A DNA stretch of 63,852 bases, counting the filler, from Octopus bimaculoides (lineage: Eukaryota): NCBI RefSeq assembly GCF_001194135.2. It is 5 parts of 5 records of this genome, joined end to end, with 100 filler letters (N's around TTAATTAATTAA, not from the genome) between each part and the next. Parts side by side here need not be neighbours in the genome. Positions count along the whole stretch, not along the records: positions 9,819 to 34,211 come from NC_068986.1; 4 more parts are not named here. One strand, given 5' to 3'. The notes beneath the pieces were generated by a model. That model had not been told where the DNA came from and did not search any database. It worked only from the letters and a program-made list of their open reading frames with translations. The position numbers were made by a program, and so were the translations under genes. Below, in pieces: positions 12,690 to 23,363 of the stretch (positions within the stretch are counted from its first letter, which is position 1; each line of letters starts with the position of its first letter).

Positions 12690-13056
12690 TTCCCTTGTTC
12701 GAAAATATAAGGACATAGACCGTGTCGTATAGCCAGCTGGAGACGATGTCTCCTGGGGCTAAATTACAGCACCATTCGTCCTAAACTAGGACTGCCATGT
12801 TATATTGGTAAACGATCTTTACACTAATCTGTGTTTACTTTAACACAAATGTCAACAAGGTTGCTTAACTTTATGATGGGGCATTTGTTGATGGAAGTCT
12901 GCAAAAGATAATAATAATAATTCAGTGGTTTGGGCCATGGTATCGAGCCTAATATCAAGTAATAAAGATCGTTTGCCAACATGACATGGTAGTCCTGGTT
13001 TAGGACGAATGTTACTGTAATGTTGTCATGTTATTTTGGCAAACAATCTTTACTAC
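12690..13056. repeat. Cluster of family G repeat fragments, including an inverted pair
   Basis: 12764-12821 and 12963-13020 are 58-bp inverted copies (7 mismatches); a third fragment lies at 13026-13056; homologous to about 34321-34470. Confidence 0.65.
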
Positions 13057-13206
13057 AAAGTACTGCTTCTGAATATCTCACGCTGTGAGATTTAATAATA
13101 ACATGTTTCTAATATCAAGTGGTTTCTCACCAGAGGTCTTACCTGTAAGCATCCTGCTACACACATCTTACTTCACCAATAGTGATGCATGAGATTGATG
13201 TAATTA

Positions 13207-13452
13207 CTCTTTTACTCTTTTACTTGTTTCAGTCATTTGACTGCGGCCATGCTGGAGCACCGCCTTTAGTTGAGTAAATCGACCCCAGGACTTATTCTTT
13301 GTAAGCCTCGTACTTATTCTATCGGTCTCTTTTTGCCGAACTAAGTTATGTGGCCGTAAACACACTACCATAAGTTGTCAAACGATGGTGGGGGACAAAC
13401 ACAGACACGCAAACATACACACACACACGCACACACACACACACACACACAT

Positions 13453-13509
<57 letters not shown>

Positions 13510-13671
13510 CATATATATGGCGGGCTTCTTTCAGTTTCCGTCTACCAAATCCACTTAGAAGGCTTTGGTCGGCCCGAGGCTATAGTAGAAGACACTTGCC
13601 CAAGATGTCACGCAGTGGAAATGAACCCTGAACCGTGTGGTTCGTAAACAACCTACCACCACGCAACCACT
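13207..13671 (-). mobile_element. SINE family B, full length with internal (CA)/(TA) microsatellite
   Basis: Tail (CTTTTA repeats, GACTGCGGCCATGCTGGAGCACCGCC), internal microsatellite at about 13410-13518, tRNA-like head ending ...CACGCAACCAC. Confidence 0.85.
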
Positions 13672-14699
13672 CCTGCATGTTTTACAAGAAAGAGATGTAA
13701 ACAATTGAATAGCCCCACGTAAATCACTGGTAACAGTGTTTATGATGGAGCAGTATTTGAAATGTAAATTAATCTCAGCTTGATTTTAACTGCGTCTCTA
13801 AGTCTGTTAATTTCAATGACACTAAACGCTCAGTCTTGCAGATTTTTGCTTATATTATATTGGTTCTTGCCGATACAGACTATCAGTGGTCTCCTTCAAT
13901 TCAAGTGATTATATATTAAAGGACTTATAATTGAATTTAGCATGGTATTCATCACGTGTTAACAGTTTGTGAACAATCTAGAAAATACTGAATATTATAT
14001 GTGAATGTCGTCTCACTAATGAGTGCAATATTATAAAAGACAGCACGGAATACGGCGGAATATATAAAGGAAATAAAGTGTTATTTGATAGGAAATCGAT
14101 ATTTATTAATTCATATTCATGGAAATAATGTTTGGAGAGTGGATTAAATGCCATCGAAATTAATCTGTAAAATGATTCTTATGTATTTACGATAAAATGG
14201 CGTCAATAGTTTGGATAATTTGAGGGCGAGCATGGCAGAAGAGAATGTAATACAAATATGGCTAAAAGAGAAATATGATTGACATTTCGATGACTTATAT
14301 GGAACTATTTCTCTTTTGGAACACACTATGAAAGATACTAAAAAAAAATTGAATGAATATCACAAATTCTTGTTCTGTCTACGTTAAAATAAACTACATT
14401 TATTCTCTTTCGAAATGAAACTAATGCCTCAAACGTAACGCAGTTAATCACTCAACATTTTATCCTTTAGCAAGACACGTAAAATCCCATATGTGCTGTT
14501 GTAGCGGTAATTCAAAACATAAACGGTCAGCTATCATGGCTGAATCACAATCGTGTCACGTAATCGGTCAATTAAGTAACTAATTGGCGTCAAGCTGTAG
14601 TGTGATTTAATCTTCTAGAATATCTTTCTTGTACCGTATAGAAAGCCGCTTTGGTGCCAAAGTTTTTGCAGGATGTCCTACATTGTTGTAGGACAGATA

Positions 14700-15140
14700 T
14701 TTGCGGAGACAAACCAAGACGCACTATATTTATCTGATTAAATTCATCCTATGCTTGCGGAACTGTTTCCGGAGGGAAACGCAATCTTTCAGGATTGTAA
14801 TGCACCAATTCACACAGCAAAATTTGTTACTGAATAGCACAAGGAACATTCTATCTGGCCACGACAGTCCCCAGATCTCAATATTATTGAACATTTAGTG
14901 TGAATTTTAGAAAAAAAAAACAAGTAAGGAGTCGATATCCTCCATCATCATCACTACAAGAACTGGAGACTGTTTTAGCTGAAGAATGGACAGAGATTCC
15001 TTTGGAAACAATTCAAACTTTGTACCAGTCCATACCTCAGAGAATTGAAGCTGTAATTACTGCCAAAGGTGGTCCTACTCCATATTAAAATTAATTGGTT
15101 TAAAATTTTAAGGTGTTTCCATTATTTTGTCCAGCGCTTG
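14700..15140 (+). mobile_element. Tc1-family transposon 3' half (transposase relic plus right TIR)
   Basis: Translation FPEGNAIFQDCNAPIHTAK...WPRQSPDLNIIEHL...LQELETVLAEEWTEIP...IEAVITAKGGPTPY* with stops and frameshift. TIR-like AAGGTGTTTCCATTATTTTGTCCAGCGCTTG followed by TA (15141-15142). Confidence 0.85.
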
Positions 15141-15954
15141 TATGTGTGCATATAATGAGTTTAGTCAAAACAATGATAACACCTTAAATGGAAGTTGTTA
15201 TGAATTATGTGAATTGTTACGGACCTGGTCCACATTTGGAATTAATCACAGTTGTAATACGCTGCAGAATTTACTCGTACAAGTTTTGAACGGTCTTTAG
15301 GGGAATGTTTGAGCCATTCTTAAAGTAATACCAGCTTTAAAATTTTCTGCGACGACGGTGGAGGGAAGCGGTCTCTCATTCACTGTTCTAGAATGCATCA
15401 TAAATGTTCGATTATATTGAGTGTCTGTTTTGGATCCACTGAAAGTGGTCTAGTTCAGGATAGTGCTCTTTGCAAAAACTTTTAATCGTTTTCACCATGT
15501 AAATTGGCACAGATAATATGGTTTGTGGAGCAGAGTTAACATAATCAATAAAAAATACGAAGAAAATCATTGTATGAAGAAAAACTAACGGAACCAAGAG
15601 AATTCAATATGGCTACACAAACCCTCATTGTGCAACCTGAATATTTCACGGTCGGGACAGAACAATCTGTAAAAGTAAAAGAAAGGGCGAATGACAATTC
15701 TTCAGTCAACTTCAAATAGTCTCAAAGTAATTCTTTCTCAGATGAGGAAATACCGTCAAATCATGTGTCTAGCTTCAATTAAGCGCTATTGAGTTCTTGT
15801 TTCCGTACCTCTGGTATTTATTACTTTAAAAAAAACAAACGGAAAGTCACAAAAAGATGTTATATTAGAACAACCACTGCAGTAAATTGCGTAGCGTGCG
15901 GGAGTATACATTGAACATGATACATAAATGGATATTTTCATCAATTTGAAATCT

Positions 15955-16007
<53 letters not shown>

Positions 16008-16015
16008 GGGGGGGG

Positions 16016-16051
<36 letters not shown>

Positions 16052-16271
16052 TACGTATGTGTGTGTATGTGACTGAAAGCATATATTTGATGAGTTAGCT
16101 GGTCGAAACTTCGAAGTGATTGTCAGATACTATTCTTGTTAAAGAAAAATAGATTATGGACTAACCCTTCAGATTAATGTAAAATTGTCTTGGCCACAGC
16201 TTTACATAGAAACGAACACCAATGTATGTACATATATATATATATATGCAAATTTATATACAGGCATACGC

Positions 16272-16319
<48 letters not shown>

Positions 16320-16884
16320 GCACAAAGGAGAGATGCAGAAGCGAAATGGCGTGCCTACATGCTGAGAATTGTGGGCGGTGAGGATTCAGACAAAGGAAAA
16401 CTTGTCTATTTTAAAAACGTGAATGTATAAGAGTCGCCATTCCGTGTCTAAGTACTTGCATGTGCTTCAAAGACAATCATTTCGAAAGAAATCTCTTATG
16501 GTAAATCAAATAGACGCTTGTCCTAAATTTCTCGAAAAATGTCGAGATATTACTGTCAAAATTTTACCCAATTCTATATAGAGTAAATCTGTCAGACTGA
16601 ATTGGTGAACGTGTTCGTTTAGAATATAAGATTATGAACAAGGATCAATCATCTCAATTGTAAATTGTTGCAGTTTTTATAAGTTGCTATGTAAAAATGT
16701 TCTGCTCACATACGCAATAATTTAAGATTATATATATTTACGGACAAAAGTACATGCACATCGATATAGAGAGAAAAAGACATTTATTCATGTTTGTACA
16801 TAACACATAGTACCAACACAAATATGATTCAAAAGTGTGACTGTAAAATAGAGAATGCTATTTCATATTCTTTTTTTTTTAAAT

Positions 16885-17103
16885 TCTTTTATTCTTTTAC
16901 TTGTTGCAGTCATTTGACTGCGGCGATGCTGGAGCACCGGCTTTTGTGGTGCAAATCGACCCCAGGACTTATTCTATCGGGCTATTTTGCCGAACTGCAA
17001 GATTAGGGGGAAGTAAACACACCAGCAACGGTTGTCAAGCGATGTTGGGGGAACAAACGGAGAGACACAAACATACACGCACAAACACTCACGCACACAA
17101 ACA

Positions 17104-17155
<52 letters not shown>

Positions 17156-17325
17156 CACACACATATATATATACGACGGGTGTCTTTCAGTTTCCGTCTA
17201 CCAAATTCACTCACAAGGCTTTAGTCGGCCCGAGGCTATAGTAGAAGACACTTGCCCAAGGTGTCACGCAGTGGAACTGAACCCAGAACCATGTTGTTGA
17301 TAAGCAAGCTAGTTACGACACATGC
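16885..17325 (-). mobile_element. SINE family B, full length
   Basis: Same tail, internal microsatellite and head organisation as 13207-13671. Confidence 0.85.
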
Positions 17326-17387
17326 AGATACACACACACACTCACATGCACACACATCTATCTGTCTAGCTATCTGTCTATCTATAT

Positions 17388-17525
17388 TCTTTTATTTGTT
17401 TTACTCATTTCACCGCTGATATGCTGGAGCAACGCATTTAGTCGAAAAAATCTATACCCTTGACGTAATCTTTGTAAACCTATTAATTATTCTATCGGTG
17501 TCTTAAGCTGAACCGCCAAGTATCG
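17388..17525 (-). mobile_element. SINE family B, degenerate 3' half
   Basis: TATTCTTTTATTTGTTTTACTCATTTCACCGCTGATATGCTGGAGCAACGCATTTAGTCG...ATTCTATCGG. Confidence 0.65.
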
Positions 17526-17558
17526 ATGTTATATGATATCGATGTTTCCAGAGACGTG

Positions 17559-17820
17559 ACAGGTTAGTTGAAACAATTCCACACTATGAATCCTTTTGTT
17601 CTTGTATGGAAAAGACTTGACTGCAACTTTGTTAACTGAACAGTAATGAAATTAATGTTATTTAGCTCAAACGATGGATTCACAGATACATGCACTGACA
17701 TGCATGTTAAACATGTTAGAGTTATAGCTATTGTCGGTAGGTTCAGCATAGTGGTTCTAATTTCTAGCGTTTAGCAATGCAACGTGCTTCATATTCTTTC
17801 AATCAAACAAAGAATATATT
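17559..17820 (+). repeat. Family H repeat, copy 1 (inverted relative to 22763-23037)
   Basis: GTTAGTTGAAACAATTCCACACTATG...AACTTTGTTAACTGAACAGTAATGAAATTAATGTTAT...TAGCTATTGTCGGTAGG aligns to the reverse complement of 22763-23037. Confidence 0.75.
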
Positions 17821-18121
17821 GTTACGAATAGGCAGTTTATCACTCTCTGGTTTCGAATGTAAAATACGGAAATAAAATGACAAAACATTAAACGCAGTGA
17901 GTGGGTGTGATATTCAGAAATATCCCTTTGCCATTAGCTCGATTTGAAACAGTGTTCTAGTTATTCATGTCAGCGTGATTTCGATTATCTTCTCAGAAAG
18001 CACAGGTTTTTATAACTGTAGGTACTTGATCTCTTGACCTCGACGGTCAGGAAGAATTTAAGACAGCGGCATAGTAACCCGATTTCGAAAGTAAATACGC
18101 GTTGTATTATCTGCAATATGT

Positions 18122-18512
18122 GGAGGCGCAATGGCCCAGGGGTTAGGGCAGCGGACTCGCGGTCATAAGATCGCGGTTTCGATTCCCAGACCGATCATTG
18201 TAAGTGGTTATTGAGCGGAAACACCTAAAGCTCCACGAGGCTCCGGCAGGGGTTGGTGGCGAACCCTGCTGTACTCTTTCACCACAACTTTCTCCCCACG
18301 CTTTCTTCCTGTTTCTGTTGTGCCTGTAATTCAAAGGGTCAGCCTTGTCACACTGTCACACTGTCACGCTGAATATCTCCGGGAACTACGTTAAGAGTAC
18401 ACGTGTATTTGGAGTGCTCAGCCACTTGCACGTTAATTTCACGAGCAGGCTGTTCCGTTGATCGGATCAACTGGAACCCTCGACGTCTTAAGCGACGGAG
18501 TGCCAACAACAA
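18122..18512 (+). mobile_element. tRNA-derived SINE family C (tRNA-Arg-like head), full length
   Basis: Head GGAGGCGCAATGGCCCAGGGGTTAGGGCAGCGGACTCGCGGTCATAAGATCGCGGTTTCGATTCCCAGACCG with A and B boxes; long non-tRNA body; (CAA)n tail; second copy at 39594-39962. Confidence 0.85.
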
Positions 18513-18559
18513 TCTGCAATATACCTGCCATTCTGACTGCATCACCTGATATATACAGG

Positions 18560-18707
18560 TAACTCTCGAGCTGCAAGGGCAGAGAGAGCGAGAGAGCAGT
18601 CAACAAGCCGGAAACACGCACATTTTAGGCAGTGGGGCCAGAGCGAGTGGGTGGGAGGTAGAAAACAAAGAGGGAACAGCAGGCGCGAACGACACAACAA
18701 GGTATGT
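18560..18707 (+). promoter_or_regulatory. Candidate non-coding first exon/promoter in a CpG-rich unique island
   Basis: Unique GC/CpG-rich stretch with CCGGAA (ETS-like) and GA-rich tract, ending in a consensus donor AAG|GTATGT (GT at 18702). Confidence 0.35.
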
Positions 18708-19127
18708 GAACATCGAAGAGCTAAATGAAACAACTGTCTGTTGTCGTTAAATGTTTTTTAAATTTTTTTAGAAGGAAAAGAAAGAAAAAAGAAAAGTCGG
18801 TGTTGTTAAATGCTTTAAATTAAAATAAAATAAAAGAACTATCTGTGTTGTTAAATGTTTTTTAAAGAAAAAGAGAAAAAAAAGAACTCTGTTAAATATT
18901 TTTTTTACGTTGATTATACGCAACGGTTTTTGTTTTTTTGTTTTTGTTTCTTTTTTGTAGGCGGATCTTCTGGCTTTTCACTACAGCTTCTTTTGTTCTG
19001 GGCATTTGACCTACTGAGCGTCTGGCGCACGCGGTTTTCTGGGCTAGCAAATTGCAGCCTGTTTGTGTTGGAAACCGTGATGGGGTATCAGAGGATCACG
19101 CGTGGCGGAACAATATATATAAAACAT

Positions 19128-19325
19128 ATTCTGTTATTCTTTCACTCATTTAACTGCGGTCATGCTGGAGTACCGCCTTTAGTCGAACAAATCGACCCCA
19201 GAACTTATTCTTTGTAAGCCAACCACTTATGCTATCGGTGTCTTTTGCTGAACCGCTAGTTTATAGGGACATAAACACACCAAGATCAGTTGTCGAGCGA
19301 TGGTGGGCAGACAAAAAGACACACA
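19128..19325 (-). mobile_element. SINE family B, 3' half
   Basis: TCATTTAACTGCGGTCATGCTGGAGTACCGCCTTTAGTCGAACAAATCGACCCCAG... Confidence 0.8.
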
Positions 19326-19419
19326 GCCACATACATACATATATACATACATATATACATACATACATACATACATACATACATACATACATACACATAT
19401 AGATATATGTGTATAGCCA

Positions 19420-19770
19420 TACGTTCTCTGCTCAATTCAGGATCACAACATATAGGTACACTGCGGCATAATTTTTTTCCTTAACAAGCCCTGCCCTGTT
19501 TAACATTGTCCCGAAACAGATAAAAGAGGAAAAGGATCATATCAGCTTTAAACGGAGTCTAGACATTTCTTCAAGGAATACCAGACGAGCCACCCATACC
19601 TGGATACAACTCACTCAACAAGAACTCACTATTTGAATGGAGCATAGACAAAACTTGACTGTAAAAAGGATTTAGGTAATCCTATCAGGCGGTGCTATTA
19701 AGTTAGACATGACCTGGACCAATCTTTGGTCGAAACATATCTAAGTTTTATCTAAGTTTTATCTAAGTTT
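19420..19770 (+). mobile_element. CR1-group LINE 3' end with tandem-repeat tail
   Basis: Frameshifted translation GTLRHNFF..PALFNIVPKQIKEEKDHISFKRSLD..LQGIPDEPPIPGYNSLNKNSLFEW, typical of CR1-like RT C-termini; ends in ATCTAAGTTTT x3 (19739-19770). Confidence 0.65.
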
Positions 19771-20149
19771 ATATATATATATATATANNNNNNNNNNNNN
19801 NNNNNNNNNNNNNNNNNNNNNNNNNNNNNNNNNNNNNNNNNNNNNNNNNNNNNNNNNNNNNNNNNNNNNNNNNNNNNNNNNNNNNNNNNNNNNNNNNNNN
19901 NNNNNNNNNNNNNNNNNNNNNNNNNNNNNNNNNNNNNNNNNNNNNNNNNNNNNNNNNNNNNNNNNNNNNNNNNNNNNNNNNNNNNNNNNNNNNNNNNNNN
20001 NNNNNNNNNNNNNNNNNNNNNNNNNNNNNNNNNNNNNNNNNNNNNNNNNNNNNNNNNNNNNNNNNNNNNNNNNNNNNNNNNNNNNNNNNNNNNNNNNNNN
20101 NNNNNNNNNNNNNNNNNNNNNNNNNNNNNNNNNNNNNNNNNNNNNNNNN

Positions 20150-20270
20150 CTCTCAATCTTTTCTGTGGAAGAGCCTACACTCGAAACGTCAAAGACTTTT
20201 CTATTATTTCCGAGCGTCAAACTGATACACTTGTTCCTTCACCAGTCCTTGTCTTTTGTTGTCTGTAAAA
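20150..20270 (+). mobile_element. Probable Penelope-like terminal-repeat remnant with decayed hammerhead motif
   Basis: CTGTGGA-A-GAG-CCTACA-CTC-GAA-ACGT-C-AAAG; related to 22095-22175 (TTCCGAGCGTCAAACTGATAC vs TTCCCTGGGCGTCTGCTAATAC). Confidence 0.5.
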
Positions 20271-20319
20271 TTATACTATATATATGTGTGTGTGTATGTG
20301 TGTCTGTGTGTGTGTGCTT

Positions 20320-20362
<43 letters not shown>

Positions 20363-20369
20363 CATGTTT

Positions 20370-20730
20370 GTGTCTCTGTGTTTGTCCCCCCACCATCGCT
20401 TGACATCCGCTGTTGTAATGTTTTGGGCCCCGTATCCTAGCGGTTAGGCAAAAGAGACCGATAGAATAAGTCCTGGAATCGATTTGATCGATTAAGGTGG
20501 TGCTCCAGCAAGGCCTCTGTCAAAACGACTGAAACACATATAAGAATAAAATAAGAAAATAATATATATAGATGCATGCGTGGTAAAAGTCCCTTGCTTA
20601 GTAACCACATGGTTCCGGTTTCAGTCCCACTGCGTGGCCCCTTGGGCAAGTGTGTTCTAATATAGCCTCGGACCGACCAAAACCTTGCGAGTGGATATGG
20701 TAGACGGAAACTGAAAGTAGCTCGTCGTAT
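20370..20730 (+). mobile_element. SINE family B 3' half (20370-20555) followed by the 5' half of the next copy (20575-20730)
   Basis: ...GGTGCTCCAGCAAGGCC...GACTGAAAC tail, then GGTAAAAGTCCCTTGCTTAGTAACCACATGGTTCCGGTTTCAGTCCCACTGCGTGG head. Confidence 0.8.
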
Positions 20731-21569
20731 ATATACATATATACATATATATCATTAGCTTACGGTTGTTTCTGCTATCAGATGTAAGGCACTCATAGTT
20801 TAGAGGAGTGAGGTATTAGTGACGGAAACACATAAACTTATGTGGAAAAGAATGTAGTTCATTTGACGTTTGGGCGCATTCTCTCATGTCTAAGACAGAC
20901 GAAAATCAAAGTTGTCGCACAAAGCGATATGATCTCCTAATATAATAATGAGTGTAGTGTTTCTATATATTTGTATATATATATATATNNNNNNNNNNNN
21001 NNNNNNNNNNNNNNNNNNNNNNNNNNNNNNNNNNNNNNNNNNNNNNNNNNNNNNNNNNNNNNNNNNNNNNNNNNNNNNNNNNNNNNNNNNNNNNNNNNNN
21101 NNNNNNNNNNNNNNNNNNNNNNNNNNNNNNNNNNNNNNNNNNNNNNNNNNNNNNNNNNNNNNNNNNNNNNNNNNNNNNNNNNNNNNNNNNNNNNNNNNNN
21201 NNNNNNNNNNNNNATCTTATATATACATACATAATTTTCCAGAATCACGCCGGCTGCGGAGGAGGAGAAAAAATAGTAATTCAGTGAAGGAGAAGAAACG
21301 AGAGAAGTATACTTGACTGAAAGAGAGTGAGAGAAAATAATATCCTTGAGAGAGATGAAAAGGGGTGATAGATGAACTGTGTGTGTATAAGTGTATATGT
21401 GTGTGCGTGTACAAGCGAAGTATGTGAATGTTTGTATGCGTGATAATTGTGTTCCTTATTTTGTACCTTATTTATATATAAAAGACTGCAATTAGCCGCC
21501 AGTATTGAGGGAACGTGGTCAGCTAGTGAGTATATAATACACATATACATGTGGCCATGAGCGTGAATT

Positions 21570-21960
21570 CATGTTCTTTCAGTTTTTACGTCTTTCAGTC
21601 ACCGCGACTGTGCAGCGTAATTGCCATGAAGGTTTTATTGGAACGAATCTACCTACAGATTTTTTCTTAAAGTCTGATACTTTCTATCGGTAATTTTGAG
21701 CGAAAAGCTACATTACACAAACGTAAACAAACCTACGTCTTTTGTCAAGCTGTGGTGAGAGACATGACACAAACGAAACGGCACACACATCTATACACAG
21801 GTACACATACACAAACATATGTGTACATATGAATATACGAAGGATTTCCACAAATATTTCCATCGTTGAAATTCATTCAAAAGGCATTGGTCAGTCATTG
21901 TAGAAGATATTTGGCCAATGTGTCATGCAACTTTTGAAACAACAACTACAAACTGAGCGA
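21570..21960 (-). mobile_element. SINE family B, old degenerate full-length copy
   Basis: TTTCAGTCACCGCGACTGTGCAGC...TTCTATCGG...TGTCAAGCTGTGGTGAG...TAGAAGATATTTGGCCAATGTGTCATGCA...TTAACCACAC. Confidence 0.6.
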
Positions 21961-22094
21961 GATTCTTAACCACACATGCACAGACATACACCACACACAT
22001 TTGCGTGTATACATATGTTATTTATTATGTATATTCAAAATGTAAACAGATGTGAATTGTTGGCGATTTTCTTCCTCCGTCTTCCCTTTTATTG

Positions 22095-22175
22095 GACTTT
22101 CCTCCGTTTTCGAAGAAGAGCATCTGCTCGAAATGTTAAACCATCTTTCATTCCTTCCCTGGGCGTCTGCTAATA
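22095..22175 (+). mobile_element. Probable Penelope-like terminal-repeat remnant with decayed hammerhead motif
   Basis: TCGAAGA-A-GAGC-ATCT-GCTC-GAA-ATGT-T-AAAC; perfect 4-bp stem II. Confidence 0.45.
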
Positions 22176-22629
22176 CATTACATGTGCCACATACTCGCGT
22201 TGTTGTTTTTTGTGTTTGTTTTTTTTTGGGGGGGGGGATTTATATGTACATACATATATGTGTGTGTGTATATATACATACCTATATATATGTGTGTGTG
22301 TGTGTGTGTTCTAAGTTCAAGCATCTGATTATGCTTCGCCAAAATATCGCTGAGCGTCGTACCAGCAATAGCTCTCTGAAACTTGGCTCTCCTCCGAGTT
22401 ATCTTCTTTGCAACCTGTTCAGTCTGACCCTTTTTTATGAGTTCAACGATACAAGGCCGTCCAGTTTACTTTTCGAGGGTTACGCTTCATTTTAAAGAAC
22501 TTTTTTCACATTTTGCGTTAAAGAACTGCAGAACTTTGCCATCGGCTTTAAGCATGCGCTTCTCAAAACCAGCATAAATTTAATAACGCATGAAACTGCA
22601 AACTTCAGCCTTTATCATGAGGACTTTTC

Positions 22630-22755
22630 AAAAGAGACCGATAGAATAAGTACTAGGGTCATGAAGAATAAGTCCTGGGGCCGATGTGTTCGACTACAGG
22701 CGGTGCTTCAACATGGCTGCCGTCAAATGACTGAAACAAGTAAAAGAAAAAAGAA
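22630..22755 (+). mobile_element. SINE family B, 3' end
   Basis: GAGACCGATAGAATAAGTACTAGG...GGCGGTGCTTCAACATGGCTGCCGTCAAATGACTGAAACAAGTAAAAGA. Confidence 0.8.
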
Positions 22756-22762
22756 TATATTA

Positions 22763-23037
22763 TCTGTATATATATTCTATGTTTGATTGAGAAAATATGA
22801 AGCAGTTTGCATTGTCAAACGCATGGAGATCAGGAATTAGAACCACTGTGCTTCACCTACCGACAATAGCTACATCTACAACGTGTATAACATGCATGTC
22901 AGTGCGGGTTTCTGTGAATTAGTCGTTTGAGTTCGCTAGATAACATTAATTTCATTACTGTTCAGTTAACAAAGTTGGAGTCAAGTCTTTTCCATAGAAG
23001 AACAAAAGGGATCATAGTGTGGCATTGTTTCAACTAA
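22763..23037 (-). repeat. Family H repeat, copy 2
   Basis: Reverse complement aligns to 17559-17820. Confidence 0.75.
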
Positions 23038-23286
23038 CACTATCTCATCTATGCCAACATCGATACCATATAATGAAAGGATTCCATTATATCGTTCAGA
23101 TTCGGACTACAGCATATCTTGGAAAAAATCTTGATGTGGGTGTTACGTAATTCCATATAACGCAATCATGGCGATCCGTTTATCTTTCCGATCTATCTCT
23201 CTAGCATTGTCTTTCTCTTTATTTTTCTCTGTCACTTTGTCAATATCCGCTTCTCCCAAACTTCCTTACTAATACTGCCTCTTACC

Positions 23287-23363
<77 letters not shown>

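Noticed and set aside
14190-14600. Enhancer from YY1-like AAAATGGCG and TAAT clusters
   Set aside because: Short motifs expected by chance; no independent support.
18122-18195. tRNA gene
   Set aside because: Acceptor stem does not pair, and it continues into a ~320-bp body shared with 39594-39962; it is a SINE head.
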